Of a stretch of 64,000 nt of DNA, positions 24,921 to 36,458 are shown one piece after another (position 1 is the stretch's first letter; each line of letters starts with the position of its first letter). The stretch covers positions 1,178,001 through 1,242,000 of the forward strand of contig JAYWIR010000018.1 of NCBI GenBank assembly GCA_036172245.1, in the 5' to 3' direction. Below the pieces are notes generated by a model. That model was not told the origin of the DNA. It saw only the letters and a program-made list of their open reading frames with translations, and ran no database searches. The stretch is from Raillietiella orientalis (taxonomy: Eukaryota). Position numbers and translations under genes: made by a program.

Positions 24921-26814
24921 TCCTTCATACTTTCTAACCGTGGTGCTGCATTCGCCGTGTACGACTCGAAAGTCGGGGGCACCTGCTCACAAGGACGCTC
25001 TGAGGGCTCCCTCTCTCCCCACTTCCTGTTTGCTCCTACAACAACTGCTGATTTCCTCACTCAGAGGCAGCCCTGCTGTGACCATCGATCGGTTTCCCTT
25101 CACTCTTAGGGGCAAGAGTACCTCTCTACCCTGCAGTGGGTTTCGAACCCACTTCCGCGCGACCAACGGTCCTCTACCCGCGGCCCCACGCACACTGTTG
25201 CTTAAGGCGGTGTGGGCAGCTCTGCATTCTCAACGAGCAGGGAGAGTAGCAGCAGCAGCTGACAATAGGCAGGACAAGAGTTGTCCCTTTTCGTCTTCGT
25301 AGCGCTGGTTGAGGACGCTGAGAGTGCGGAGGGAAGAGAATTCAAGGATTTTCCGCCACCTGGCAGCTTTTTCCAGCAGCGGTAGCTCAGAGTTTTCTGT
25401 CCACCTGCTGCTGCTCACGTGAGGCCGTTGTGGTGCGTTTCCCAGGTGCATTGGATGCTGCTGCACTCCGCCTCGCTTTCGAGGTACTCGGCGCGACCTC
25501 TCACTTTCACTTATCGCGGATCTTGACCGCTGCCGCCTTGGTGAAGTGCCGACCCGGCCAGCCTCCAGTCTTTCCCTTCCTGGGACCTTCCAGGAAGCTG
25601 AGGGACTACCCTCGGACGGGCCAGCGATCTCGGGTGCAACCTCGCGCTCGCCGCCCTGCAGGACCAGGTCTGTTGGGAGGCTGGAAATTTGGCTGGGAGG
25701 GCTGAGCTTCTGCCGGAAGCTACAAATGTTCTGCTCTGCTCACCGTCGCGGCGATGGGCGGTGGCATCGGTGGCTCAGCATTCGAACGTGAGGTGGACGA
25801 CAGGATGCTTGCCCGCCCGCGCGTACGATCGACGTCGCTCCTCCTGGTGGGCGCGGCTCGCTCTGGCTCCGGGTTCAATCGGGCCGCGTGTGTGGAACGG
25901 AGCTGCGTTGCCTGCAAGACCGCTGAGGCTTTTTAGTGTCCCCCTGGCTAACACGGTGGCTCGAAGGACACCGGGAGCAACGGCTGCTGCGTCGGGAACC
26001 ATCTGAGTCTCCGAGAAAAGGGGGCGGCGATCCCTCTGAAGGATTTGGACAGTTTCCTGCTCTCCTTCCTCGTGTAGCAGACGACAGCGCGATGGAGCCT
26101 TCGGTCAGCGCACGCCGCTGCCACATGACGGGGGAGGGTATTTTCCGCCTCCCTCCCAGCTGTACGAGGGATATCTCCAAATCATCCTACCTGGCTTGGT
26201 GCGCTCCAACTAAAAAGCAATTTGAGGCACCCAAGGCTTTGAGACTGCGGCCGCATGAACTTTTCCGATTTTCTTGCTGACCTCACGTGATGGCGGCTTA
26301 TTGTCTCGAGTCCTGTCCGCGTCGCGGTGGTCGCGTCACACCCGAGGATGTCGTCAAAGTGGGGTGCCGAAGGGGTCCGGGTGCGAGGCTAGATGGAGGC
26401 GGCAAACTAGCAAGAAACGACCGTCGGCGCTGGTGCTCCTGGAACTAGGAACAATTTCTGAAAAGGACGGGAGGCATCCTGGGTAAGCACGAAAATCCGG
26501 ATAGAATAAAGGTTTTCGAGGTAGACGTTTCAGATCAGACGGGCAGTAGGGATTCAGGATGTGAGTCCCAGCAACTGAGAAGCGGCAAGGCGGGCATGGG
26601 TTAACGGGATTAACCCCGTTTGATTTTGAAGAGGAATAAATATCAAAAACCTCCCATAGTTAGGAATATAAAATAGGTTCTGGGACTTGGGATGACGATA
26701 GGAGTTTGGATATTTGGATACTAACTTTCAAAATGCATCTATCTTATGTACATATTGGTCATTTGCACCTAGCAATAGCCATCATCAAACTAATGCACCA
26801 TTATATGATCAGCG

Positions 26815-27955
26815 TGCAGGGAAGTTGGGTGTGGATGGACAGACAACTGACGCTCGCCACATCGATGCCCTATTCCAAGACTCAACAAGCTGTGCCTGGT
26901 ACGGTAGTGAGAAGATAGTAGTGCCTGGTTGCAGGAAACTGTTCGCACGTGGGCGAGGAACCAGGAGCGATGCCTGGAACAGGCGCAACGATTTCTGTAC
27001 GGTCCTTACAGGAGCTGCTCGCTCCGGGAGATCCTTCAAGATCCAGGGAAGAGTGCGTGAGCAGAAAGAACCTCCCTTGCCGCAGCGCTGCCCTCCCTGA
27101 GGGAGTTACATGGGTAGCAGTCTTTCGGCTACGTGGGAGAAACCTCCGGAAAGCTCCGGAAGGAGAAGAAGGCTGCGTGAGTTGATGAGAGCCCAGTTCA
27201 CGGACGCTGCGACCCCGAGTGCCCCGCCTCGAAGACTTTTGCGCTGGTGCGAGCTACTACTGGATATTCCAGAGGAAGATCTGAAGTGGACCCTAGTGCT
27301 TTTGGACGCGCACGCTCCCTCATTGAAGTGGTAGGAGTTTGTGTTGATGCTGCTGCACTGGAGTCTCCCGTGCGATGCCCGCAGGCATCACTGGACCCGA
27401 ACTGTGCCAGGTATGGGGAACATGAATCCTTCCCGCACCTGCTTGTGAATTGTGCTGTCCTCCGGCCCCTCTGGGAACGCTTCGCCGCGACCCTCGGAAT
27501 CCCCAAGGGCAACTTCGGGAACGTTTTAAGGTCCCTTCCCCTACGAGACGCCCTTCGACCGGCAGCCTCGCTAGCAGCTCTTTGTTGCTTACGCGGGATT
27601 GTAGCTACCTGGAGCGACGCAAGAGGAGGACCGAGCGACAGGGGTGCCACATCTACTTTGCCATCAGCTTCATCAGCTTCATGGTTCCACCTGAAGGACG
27701 TGCCGGCATGCTGCAAAGGATGCAGTGGAGCGCCCCCAGCAGAACGCGATCCCTTCTCGCACTCTCAGATTTGTTTGTTTATTTTTATTTTTGTTTCTTT
27801 TTTCTCTTGTCTGCCCTCTCCCCTCTTCTGCTGTGGTGGACTCCATCGGTCTGCGCACCGGCTACCCGACAGGTTTCCGTTAAATTGCACGTGGTCAAAC
27901 TACCGGTCGATCTACCACAGAGACCATGACTGTTTATTTTTTTATATGAAATAAA
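26815..27955 (+). mobile_element. 5'-truncated L1/Tx1-like LINE, copy C
   Basis: DPNCARYGEHESFPHLLVNCAVLRPLWERF..LRDALRPAASLAALCC. T-rich 3' UTR with AATAAA at 27950-27955. The 5' part (gtgcctggttgcaggaaac..cacgtgg) matches copy A near 10440-10475. Confidence 0.8.
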
Positions 27956-28027
27956 CCCCCTGGCGCGCCCGGGTAACAATCCAACACGTGACGCAACGCA
28001 ACCGTTAGGAACTGGGAATCCGGAACA

Positions 28028-28880
28028 TGCGTTATGCTGCATCAAATCATCGTGCTGCTATCGGACAGCAGGAGAATGTATTTACATGGAGGGAAGATTT
28101 CAGGAAGACACAGTGCTCCAAGTGTGGGCAGGAAGTCCAGAAGCACCGGGACACACTTCCTGTGGTCACTGTCGAACCCCTGACTCTAGGGGCTGTTGTA
28201 ATAGCTGACCAGCTCCTTCCAGGGGATCAACGACTGACCAACTGTTATCTCTTTTTCGGCCGGGCGTAATATCGGTACAGTTCCCTCTCCCATCACGTTT
28301 GGAGCCATCAGGGGAAGATCCGGATGACTCCTCCAGGACCAACGTTCAGAAAGTTTAACGTCCCATCCATTCCATCAGCACCCAATTCTCTATTTCGGTC
28401 CAACACGTTGAGAAAGTCAGCGTCGCTCTCGACATCGGATCCCATAGTAAGAGAATCCAACGAATTGATGTGCTCCTGTTAAAACGTTCCCTGTGGAGAT
28501 TGAGTCGTTGCCGAGGCAGTAAAGACCTTTAATGTGGACAATGGATGATTGGCACTATTTTGACGAAAGGGTTCGTCAAAAGTGAACTGGTCAGAGACAG
28601 CAGGCAGGCTGGCATCTGACTCCAAGGAAACCAGGCATGCTGACAGAATGCACAGGACATCAGCAGGCAACTTGCTACACTGCCTGAGTGACTCCGTCGA
28701 CTGCCGAGCGGCACGCTCCAGGTTTTTGCGACTCAGCTGACCACTCCAGAAATTCAGTGCACCCAGGCCAACCCTACCAAGACGACCCTACAAGGCCAAT
28801 CGCCAGCTTGGAATGCCCACTGACATCACACTCAGTACAAAATCCATCAACTTCTGCAGACCAATGTGGTGCACTGATAA
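28028..28880 (-). pseudogene. MED13: Intronless fragment of Mediator kinase-module subunit MED13 (skuld) C-terminal region, with stops and frameshifts
   Basis: The minus strand reads IGLQKLMDFVLSVMSVGIPSWRLAL*GRLGRVGLGALNFWSGQLSRKNL..CILSACLVSLESDASL..DQFTFDEPF..VFTASATTQS..*QEHIN, then GQLLQQPL..ST..G..FWTSCPHLEHCVFLKSSLH..SPAV..HDDLMQ. This is colinear with the MED13 motifs GLQKL, WRxxxGRLGRxG, ILSACLV, LLQQPL and FWxxCP..FLKxxLH. In-frame stops lie at ~28789 and ~28480. Confidence 0.88.
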
Positions 28881-31419
28881 CGTAGGTGAAGGGGAAAGAA
28901 GAGGAAGAAGAAATAGATAGGGCTGCTGCGATCTTTCACTCCACGACTCAGATGGCTTCTTCTGATGTGCCTGTGTAACCATGGCAAGACTCAGATGTGA
29001 CGCAGCGGCTTCGCGAGCCAACGTATGAAGATTTCGTGAACCTGGGTCCCGGAGAGAGTGGGGGAAGGGGCGAGCAGACAGCAAGAGCGGTGTTCACGAT
29101 AGGAGCTAGCGGCTTGCACAGTCTGGCCTACACCTGGAGTCGACTCCCAATATTGACCGGAATCCTTGCTTTGGAGAGGTTCGAGCCGTCGTTCCTGATA
29201 TCTCTTGCGTCGTCGGAAGCCCCTCAAAGGCCTTCGAGGCAGCAAGAAGCGATGTGGAGGAAGCAGAGGCGGCCCTCTCTCCTGTCTCCACCGAGGAAGT
29301 TCCGGTCCCTCCACAGGCGCTGGTCACAGGGTTCTTGGGACCCCAGACCTAGGGAGCGCCGGGTCCCACTGGGAATCCCGCAGTGCTGGAAAGGAAACGT
29401 TGGGTTCCAACGTCCAGCTGCGCCGAGGAGTCTCCTGAAAGCTCCGTCTGGATCACCGGCCGCGAGGCAGCAGCGGACGGCAACCTCGACCAACAGTCAT
29501 CTGATCGGAGCCGCCCTTTCTTTGTAGACTTCGCCTCGTGACTTAGAAGCACCGTCTGAACAAGGTAAGATATGGCCCCTGATGATCAGGAAGGCATCTT
29601 CGTTCATCTGATCTTCCTGGAAAGATAGAGGCGGGGGCGTTCTCCCCAGTCTCGGAAGCGCCATCGAGAGCATTTGGACGGCGGGCAGGCGAGAGTCTGG
29701 CCAGACGGAGGTCACATGGACTTTTGGAAAGGCTCTGGCCAGACATCACCTTTGGCGACCTCATGGTTGCTGCGCACATTAAAAGGGAAGGTGCCGTCGC
29801 TGCTAGCATGCGCCGCGATCCGGAGCACGGAGCATCCCTTCTTCGCAAAGAGCATCATAGGAGGGGGCGTGGAGCAGCTCCGGGTGTGTCCGAAGAATCT
29901 CTGTTTAGCAGCCACAGCACCTCTGATTGGCAGGCTGCAGATCCGTCCTCAAGACGCGACGAAACCTGTGCGGGTATCGCCCACCGGGGTAGGCGCCGAT
30001 CACGGAAGGGGGGAAGAGGCATGTGGTGAGGGAGGGTATCCCTGGGGAGCCGGTGCACACCGGAGGACGTCACGACCTTGGAGCCCACGACATCAGGAGT
30101 CAATGGTCCCGGATTATCCTACCTCGGGGGATGATCATACGCTCAGCTTCCTGCCTCCTGCTCAGCAAGGGCTCCGGAAAAGGCGAGGAGGAAGTAGGGG
30201 AGCCAGTATGGTGGGGGACCGGCTGGCTCTCCCTTCCCGAAGGATTGCCCGCAGCAGTCAGAGCGTTCGATGTAGTTGCTCGGGTACGGCGGACCCTCAG
30301 GCGATGAGGGGATCGAAGATGTCGGAGAAGCAGGCGGAGGGGGCGTTTGCATGGCATCCGACCGGTTCGCGGTTGGTACAGCAGCTGGAGAAGGAATCGA
30401 AGGGCGAAGAGGACTGGGGATGAAGGAGGCCGAAAAGGTGCTTTGACCGGGATGAAATCTCCAGTGGCAGGTGTCGTGGAGCCTCAGGCCCTCTCTTTTT
30501 CTCTCCTATCGGCGTCGAGGTGTCCGGGTTTTCCCTTTTTTTTTTCTTCGGCTGACGGACGCGATGGCGCTCTGCGTTTTTTGGGAAGGATCCCCAGCAA
30601 GGGAGCCGCTCCTGGTTTCATTCTCTAAAGAGAACTCTGAAGGCTCCGTGCACTCCTCCCACGGACGGCCTACTTTTCCTGGAGAGTAGCCCTTGGCCAA
30701 GCGTTCAGCAGCCCTTGTATGTACGGAAGACAGTAGGGCTCGCCTAGAGGATGCAACAAAAAGACCCCGATTTTTGGTGGTTTGGAATAGCCGAGGGAAT
30801 CTGCGGAAAGGAATAAGTGGATGCGGGAGAAGAATCTGCAGCGTGCTTCTCGGGGTTCGACAACCTGGTTTCTGCTCGAGACTCACAACCTGTAGTTTCC
30901 TAGGAGCGCGCGAAGGACCGGGAAGGAAGGAAAGGCCCGTCCGGCTCACTCTGGGGGAAGAAGCTCGTCTGGGGAGTTCTAGGAAGGTGGCACGAGGCCC
31001 TTGAGATGATGAGACAGGTCCGGAGGCTAGAGAGTCCTCGTATGGACGATGGTTTCTCGTATGGGCGGGCGAAGGGAAGTTGACTCCAGACGTGACCCAG
31101 AGTCTCCTCGCCGCTCGCCTGCCACGAGGCGTCGTAAAAGTCAGCATCTTTCCGCTATCTCCATAAGCACCCATAAATTCTTCCCCCGCTACATTCATTC
31201 ACGGAACATGGCACCCAGGAGGAAGGGAGCCCGTGGTTTCCCTTTCAGGATACAAGGGAGAACATCCGCGGTGATTTATTCTCTCCTTTTCCTCCGCCGG
31301 AACGTGGAGCGCCCTCTGGCGCCCTCCTCGCACGATTCGACCCTGCGCGACTGTTGCGATGGCCGTGCACATCTGCGGTGTACACACAGAGCGCTTCGAC
31401 ACTTTGTATCGTCGGCAAC

Positions 31420-31790
31420 ACTTCCGGTGTGCATCAGGAGAAATGCCCGGAGCCACTGGCAGCAGGAGATCCCATCTGGAAGATGCACGGCTTGAATGTG
31501 AAGAAGGAGGACGTCCCCATAGTGGGGAGACTGGAAGGATTTTCCTGCACGGAGAAGGAAGCTCAGGAGGACACTCCCTCTTATTGGGAAAGATTCAGAA
31601 TGGACATTGTGATGTGGGAATGGCGCGCGGGGCATCGTCGGAACCTCCCCATGTCGTATGGTCAGGTCTCCCTCCATCCATCACCCGGCGATGCCTGGAG
31701 CCGTGGCTGGATCTGCCCGACTGGCGGCAGCATCTCAAACGAGGGGGTTCCGCTCCCAGGTGCTGCAGGCAGGTGGAGCAAGGACCTTTG
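31420..31790 (+). mobile_element. Internally deleted LINE RT fragment
   Basis: SGVHQEKCPEPL (GVxQGxP..PL-like) joined to HGLNVKK..W..W..L..G post-catalytic motifs. The catalytic YADD is absent. Confidence 0.4.
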
Positions 31791-32059
31791 AACCACGTGC
31801 CCCCCGTTCCGCTGCTTTCCCCTGGGCCACGGAGTGCCCAGTGCGCCAGTGCTGATATCTGGCGCGTCGCGATTCGGTTTCGACTGCTGCGTCACGATGC
31901 ACGTGGATTGACCGCCGCGCCAGGCAACACCGGCCGAGGAGGCCGCTTCCGCAAGCAGTGGGATGGAAGCCTCCCTTCCCTGGCCTCCCCCTCCGACACG
32001 GAGGAAGGGTCCCTTCTCCCATCTTCTCCTGTGGCTTCCTGCACCTGGAAAGCGCCCTG

Positions 32060-33520
32060 TGGAAGATGAATCCAGGAAGGCCCCGGAGGAAGGAGTCCGT
32101 TCCTCTTACGCTTTTTGGGGGGTAACCCCCGAAGGGAATCTCTTTCTTGTTTTCTCCGGAGGGACCCCCAAAGGGAACCTCTTTGTTGTTTCTTCTCCGA
32201 AGAGATCTCCAGCAAGGGAGCCGCTCTTGGTTTCCTCCTCTGAGAGAACCCCGAAGAAACGCTTCCCGATTTCTCTGGAGGACGCTCCCGAAGGGAGCAG
32301 CGCACTCCTCGACACATTGGAGAGTCAGCCCCCAAGGGGGGAGGGAACCTCCATCTTTACGGGTGGAGGGGAATCCCAAAGGACTCCTTGATTTCCGGAA
32401 GGACCTCGGAGGGACATCTTCAAAATTCCACGGCCACCCAACGGGGACATCCGGTTTTCACCGGTGCCGCACTCGAAGACTGCAGGCCAACCCGAAGACT
32501 GGCCATCTTGCTGGGGAGGAGACCCAGAACCCAAGACTCACCACCTCTCATTTCTCAGCATCTGTGCTTCCCCAGGCGGGATTAGAACCTGTAGCGCTCG
32601 GAATCAACAACGCAGCCAGGACGTTCTCGCGATCCTTCTGTTCTTCGACATCGCTCTCCTCCCTCGTGGATGCAACTGCGCAAGGTCTTCCGGTGAGACG
32701 GGCGGAAGGGGACGAAAGGGATTGGAGTTCCTCGTACAGGAAAGGGGTCTTCGCTACTGGAGGTCCACTAGTGGCTCCTGATGGCAAAATGTGGCCAGCG
32801 TCTCCTTCCATGAGGACCGAGGTGGCCGACACCACGGACCCCGCTCGGAGGTCAAGAAACCAGGATACTGAGGATCCTCACCATTCCTGGCAGCCTCTGG
32901 GAGATGAGGAGCTCTGGCTACCCGACGACGCTGCTGAGGCTGTAGCGAACCGCTCTCTCAGGACGCACCTCCGTCGGATGTTTGCTCGGCTCATCGTCCG
33001 CATTTCGGCGCTTCGGAAGAGAATACCCGCGGCATGCAGTCCAGGACACTCTCGGCAGTGGTGTGGATGAAAGGTCGTTGCCTTGGATTCTCATCAGAAG
33101 AAGGCTGATTCGTCTGGCCTCTCGGCATCCGAGCGGAGAAGTCGACTGCAAGGTCCAGCGGCGGTTCTCGCTTAGGCGGAGGGCTCGCGCATCCGGCGGG
33201 CCGTCGCTCACACGCTGCGGAGCCCCAGAGGAATACGGCGGCTGATCGCAACCCGGTGAGCCGAGGACCGGCAGCTACGGCAACAAGCGCCGCCGCCGCC
33301 ACCGCCCTGCAGTGTGGGTGCGATACGACCTCCGGCACCTCAGGGATCCGCTGACTCCTTGGCGCCGCTCCCTCGGGACGCAATGGTGCGTCTGGTCCGC
33401 CTGGAAGGAGGGAGGTCTCCGCTTCTTCTCCCGGTTCGGGGGATCGCGGCCAGAGGCATGGGGTTCTCCTGGAGGTGCGCGCACCGATCCGGAAGGAGGA
33501 GACGAGGGGGAGGGGAAGGT
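32060..33520 (+). mobile_element. LINE 5' region: tandem ~40-bp subrepeats followed by ORF1-like sequence
   Basis: Subrepeats of type gggaa(t/c)ctctttcttgttttctccggaggga at 32130-32260. Downstream, YDLRHLRDP matches NALRFLGNP of the inverted-repeat arm. 33383-33505 recurs at 34726-34846. Confidence 0.55.
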
Positions 33521-35149
33521 GTCAAGCCTTCCTCGTCTCCCGGGAGACGTCCTCGGCTTTGCGGCGAGGTTCGACCGGTCGCGTCCCGAAGCAACGCCCG
33601 AAGCGACTTCGCCATTCGAGGTCTCCCCCTCTCTCCCCCTCGAGATCTCTGAATCCCGAGGGGAAAAGAAGGAACACGCGGAGAGGTGGCGACGCGACTG
33701 GCAACGGGACAGGGCGGCGCTGATTGCGCTTCGCTCGGTTGCCGCGGCGACGGGTTTCGCTCCGCGCCCGCTTTCTCCCGGCGAGGCTTCCCTGAAGGAG
33801 GTGCGGGTGAGAAGGTCGTAGGAAGCGGGGGCAAATTTCGAGAAAAGGGGAGGAGAAGAAGGGAGGGGGGAGAGAGTTTGAGGTGTCCATAAATTTGAGG
33901 AGTTCCGGGACTGGGCACGCAGGAACGGATGAGAGCAGCTGCTCCTTCTCAGCCGTCTGGACCGCTCCCAGAACGGGTCTCGCCTCCGGGACGGGATTGG
34001 ATCCGAAGGGATCGGATGGGGGGGGCAGGCGCCAGGATGGCGGCGCCTCTCGTCCCGTTCCCTCCCGCATCTGAGTGGGGGAACGCGGGAGGAGCAGATC
34101 CCGCGCGGTCTCGCGCAGCGGCGGAAGCGAACTGGCTGATTGCCCTGGAGCGGCCCTGAGCGCCATCGAGGCTTGCGGTCCAGTTTTCCCCCCTCCCTGC
34201 TCCCCTCCTTCCCTATTCCCCTGTTCCGCAGGGCGACCGCGGGCGCCGGGACAGTGTCCGTCGTGCTCCGCGGCATTGCGTCCCAGAATCGCGGGTTGGG
34301 GCAACTGCTCCTCGAGGATAGGGGGGAGACGAAGAGGAGCAGGGCAGGCGGTCTGGGATGCGGGTTTCCTCCTCCCCTCGCCCCCCAGGACGAGAGACGT
34401 GGACCCGCTTCCCCGCATCCCGCTGGAGCGGTGCTGGGGCAAGCCGAGCCGGCAGGTGGCGACACGGGAGCAGCGGTCAACGGACGCTCCGCACGCGGGC
34501 GCGCGCGTCCTCAGAGACGGACGAACTGGAGCGCGGCGGCGAGATGTGAAGTCACCGAAGGGACGGATTTCGGCGCGAGGAGGGCGAAAAGGCTCCGGAC
34601 GCGAAAAAAAAGGAGGAGGAAGAAGTGCAGAAGGGCAGCTTTACCCTGTCCGCCGGGAGAGGCTCTTTCGGAGCCCGAAAAATCGACCGGGAATAGGCCG
34701 CGGGAGCAGACCCTCCCGAAACGGGATGATGCGTTTGGTCCGCCTGGAAGGAGGGAGGTATCCGCTTCATCTCCCGGTTCGGAGGGTCGCGACCCGAGGC
34801 GGGGATCCTCCCAGAGGCGCGCACCGATTCCCTGAAGGAGGAGACGCGTGTGGGTGCCGAAACGGCTACTTTTCTTCCCTTCTCCTGTGACTGCCTGATC
34901 TGCTTTAGGGACGGCGAGTGACGCCGCCCCGGTGCCCCTCCTTCCGCTGATGTTTATCAACGCCGGAAGAACACTAGCGCCCCTCTCACCTCCGGAAAAC
35001 TCACACTGAGCGCGCCCTGGGGCACTCCGGGACGAGTGCACTACCCCCGATCGCACGAGAGCCTTTGCCGAGTGCCATCCCCCGCGCGTTGCGAGGAATC
35101 GCCTAATTCTTCGCTGGGCAGAGCTCCTGGACATCTCTTCTGAAGAAGC

Positions 35150-35880
35150 GCAAATTCCCCCCTCCCCCTCCCCATAGTGTTTGTGGACAGCTACGCGCTT
35201 CCCCTGAAGTGGCAGTACTCGACATTGCGATTTCTGCACTGGACAATCTCACCAATGGACGAGGGGGTGGTTAGGTCCCATACTGTTCCAGGAACAGGGA
35301 ACGGGAAGCCATCCCATCCCCGCTGCTGGATTGCGTTTTGCCCTTCTGAGTGTCCCGGAACGCTCCGCTGCGGCTCTCCCACTCCCGACGGACAAGGGCA
35401 GGGGGGTATCTTGGCGATGCCCTCTGAGCTTCCCTTGCAGCCCTGTGCCGCATTCGCGGGATCATGGCAGCGGGAGGCCGCTCCGAAAGAGGCGGGTCGA
35501 ATGATGAGGTCGTCGCAATGGTCTGCTCCTTCACGAAGGCGAAGATGGCCGGCTGCATCTCTGCTAACAAAAGGAGGAAGTTGCCAACATCCTCCAGAGG
35601 ACGCCGATGACGCCAGAAAAAAATATGCGATCCCTTCCCACTCCCCCACCCCCTCCTCAAGATCTTTTAAACTGAACTTTGGTGTGTGTGTTTTTTTGTT
35701 GTTTACCTCTTCCCCCATCTCTCCTGAGCGGACCTTATCGGGAGAGCTGCTCACGAGGAGCAGCGCCTCCGAGGCATCTCCCTTCGCAGTGGTCATGTGA
35801 AACCACCATGGAAAAAGACATTTCCATATTGTATATGGCTGTGTGAGTGTGTGTGTGTTGTAAATATTTCGCACAATAAA
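35150..35880 (+). mobile_element. Degenerate L1/Tx1-like LINE 3' end, copy D
   Basis: Frameshifted zinc-knuckle region (..gaacgggaagccatcccatccccgctgctggattgc..), the shared gcgatcccttc plus T-rich 3' UTR, and AATAAA at 35875-35880. Confidence 0.6.
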
Positions 35881-36398
35881 CTCGAGATGGCACTCAGCAA
35901 ACGCGCTCGTACGACCGGGGGTGATCCGCAGTGCCTGATCCGGCGGTAGAGAAGGGATACCTCCCTCCAAGTAAGGGGGTGGGAGATGGGAAGGCCTTCA
36001 TTTCAGGCGAGATCGGTCCTTCCCCAAATCACACCCACCCTCCAGATCCCTTCCTCCTCCCGGAGCAGAAAAGGGCGAAATTTCAGAGGCGTCGCTTGCT
36101 GCCCATCCCCCGCCAGCGCTCCGTATCCGCCGCCGCTGCGCGGAGGAGGAGGAGGACGAGGAGGAGCGGCGGCTTCCCCAAGCCGAGAAGGGCGCAGCAC
36201 TGAAAGCGGGAGGGGAGGGGGGCTTTCTGGCATCTGCTTGGGGCGAGAAGCCCCCGGTCGCCGGCGCCTCTCTGCCTCTTCTGCGCGTCTCTCGAAGAAG
36301 CTTCTGAAATCGACCGAGAGGACAGCGCTTGCTTCGCCTTCTCCTTCCTCCCCCCCTCCATCTCCCCCCCAGCTACCCAACAGCCATGCCCATACAAG

Positions 36399-36412
36399 AA
36401 TAAACGTTTATT
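36399..36412. terminator. Palindromic polyadenylation signal AATAAACGTTTATT; the minus-strand AATAAA fits the RhoGAP gene
   Basis: Perfect 14-bp palindrome. The minus-strand AATAAA (36407-36412) lies ~47 nt after the RhoGAP stop codon. Confidence 0.7.
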
Positions 36413-36458
36413 TGGCGTTGACTAGCGCGACGTGGTCCGATCCTCGTATCACAGGTTC

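Noticed and set aside
26590..26815. AT-rich island resembling a mitochondrial insert (LSYVHIG vs cytochrome b LYLHIG)
   Set aside because: The similarity is limited to a few residues and no consistent frame appears under the mitochondrial code; unidentified.
33275..34890. Long overlapping Arg/Pro/Gly-rich ORFs
   Set aside because: Expected in very GC-rich DNA; partly LINE-derived, with no recognisable domain or consistent exon chain.
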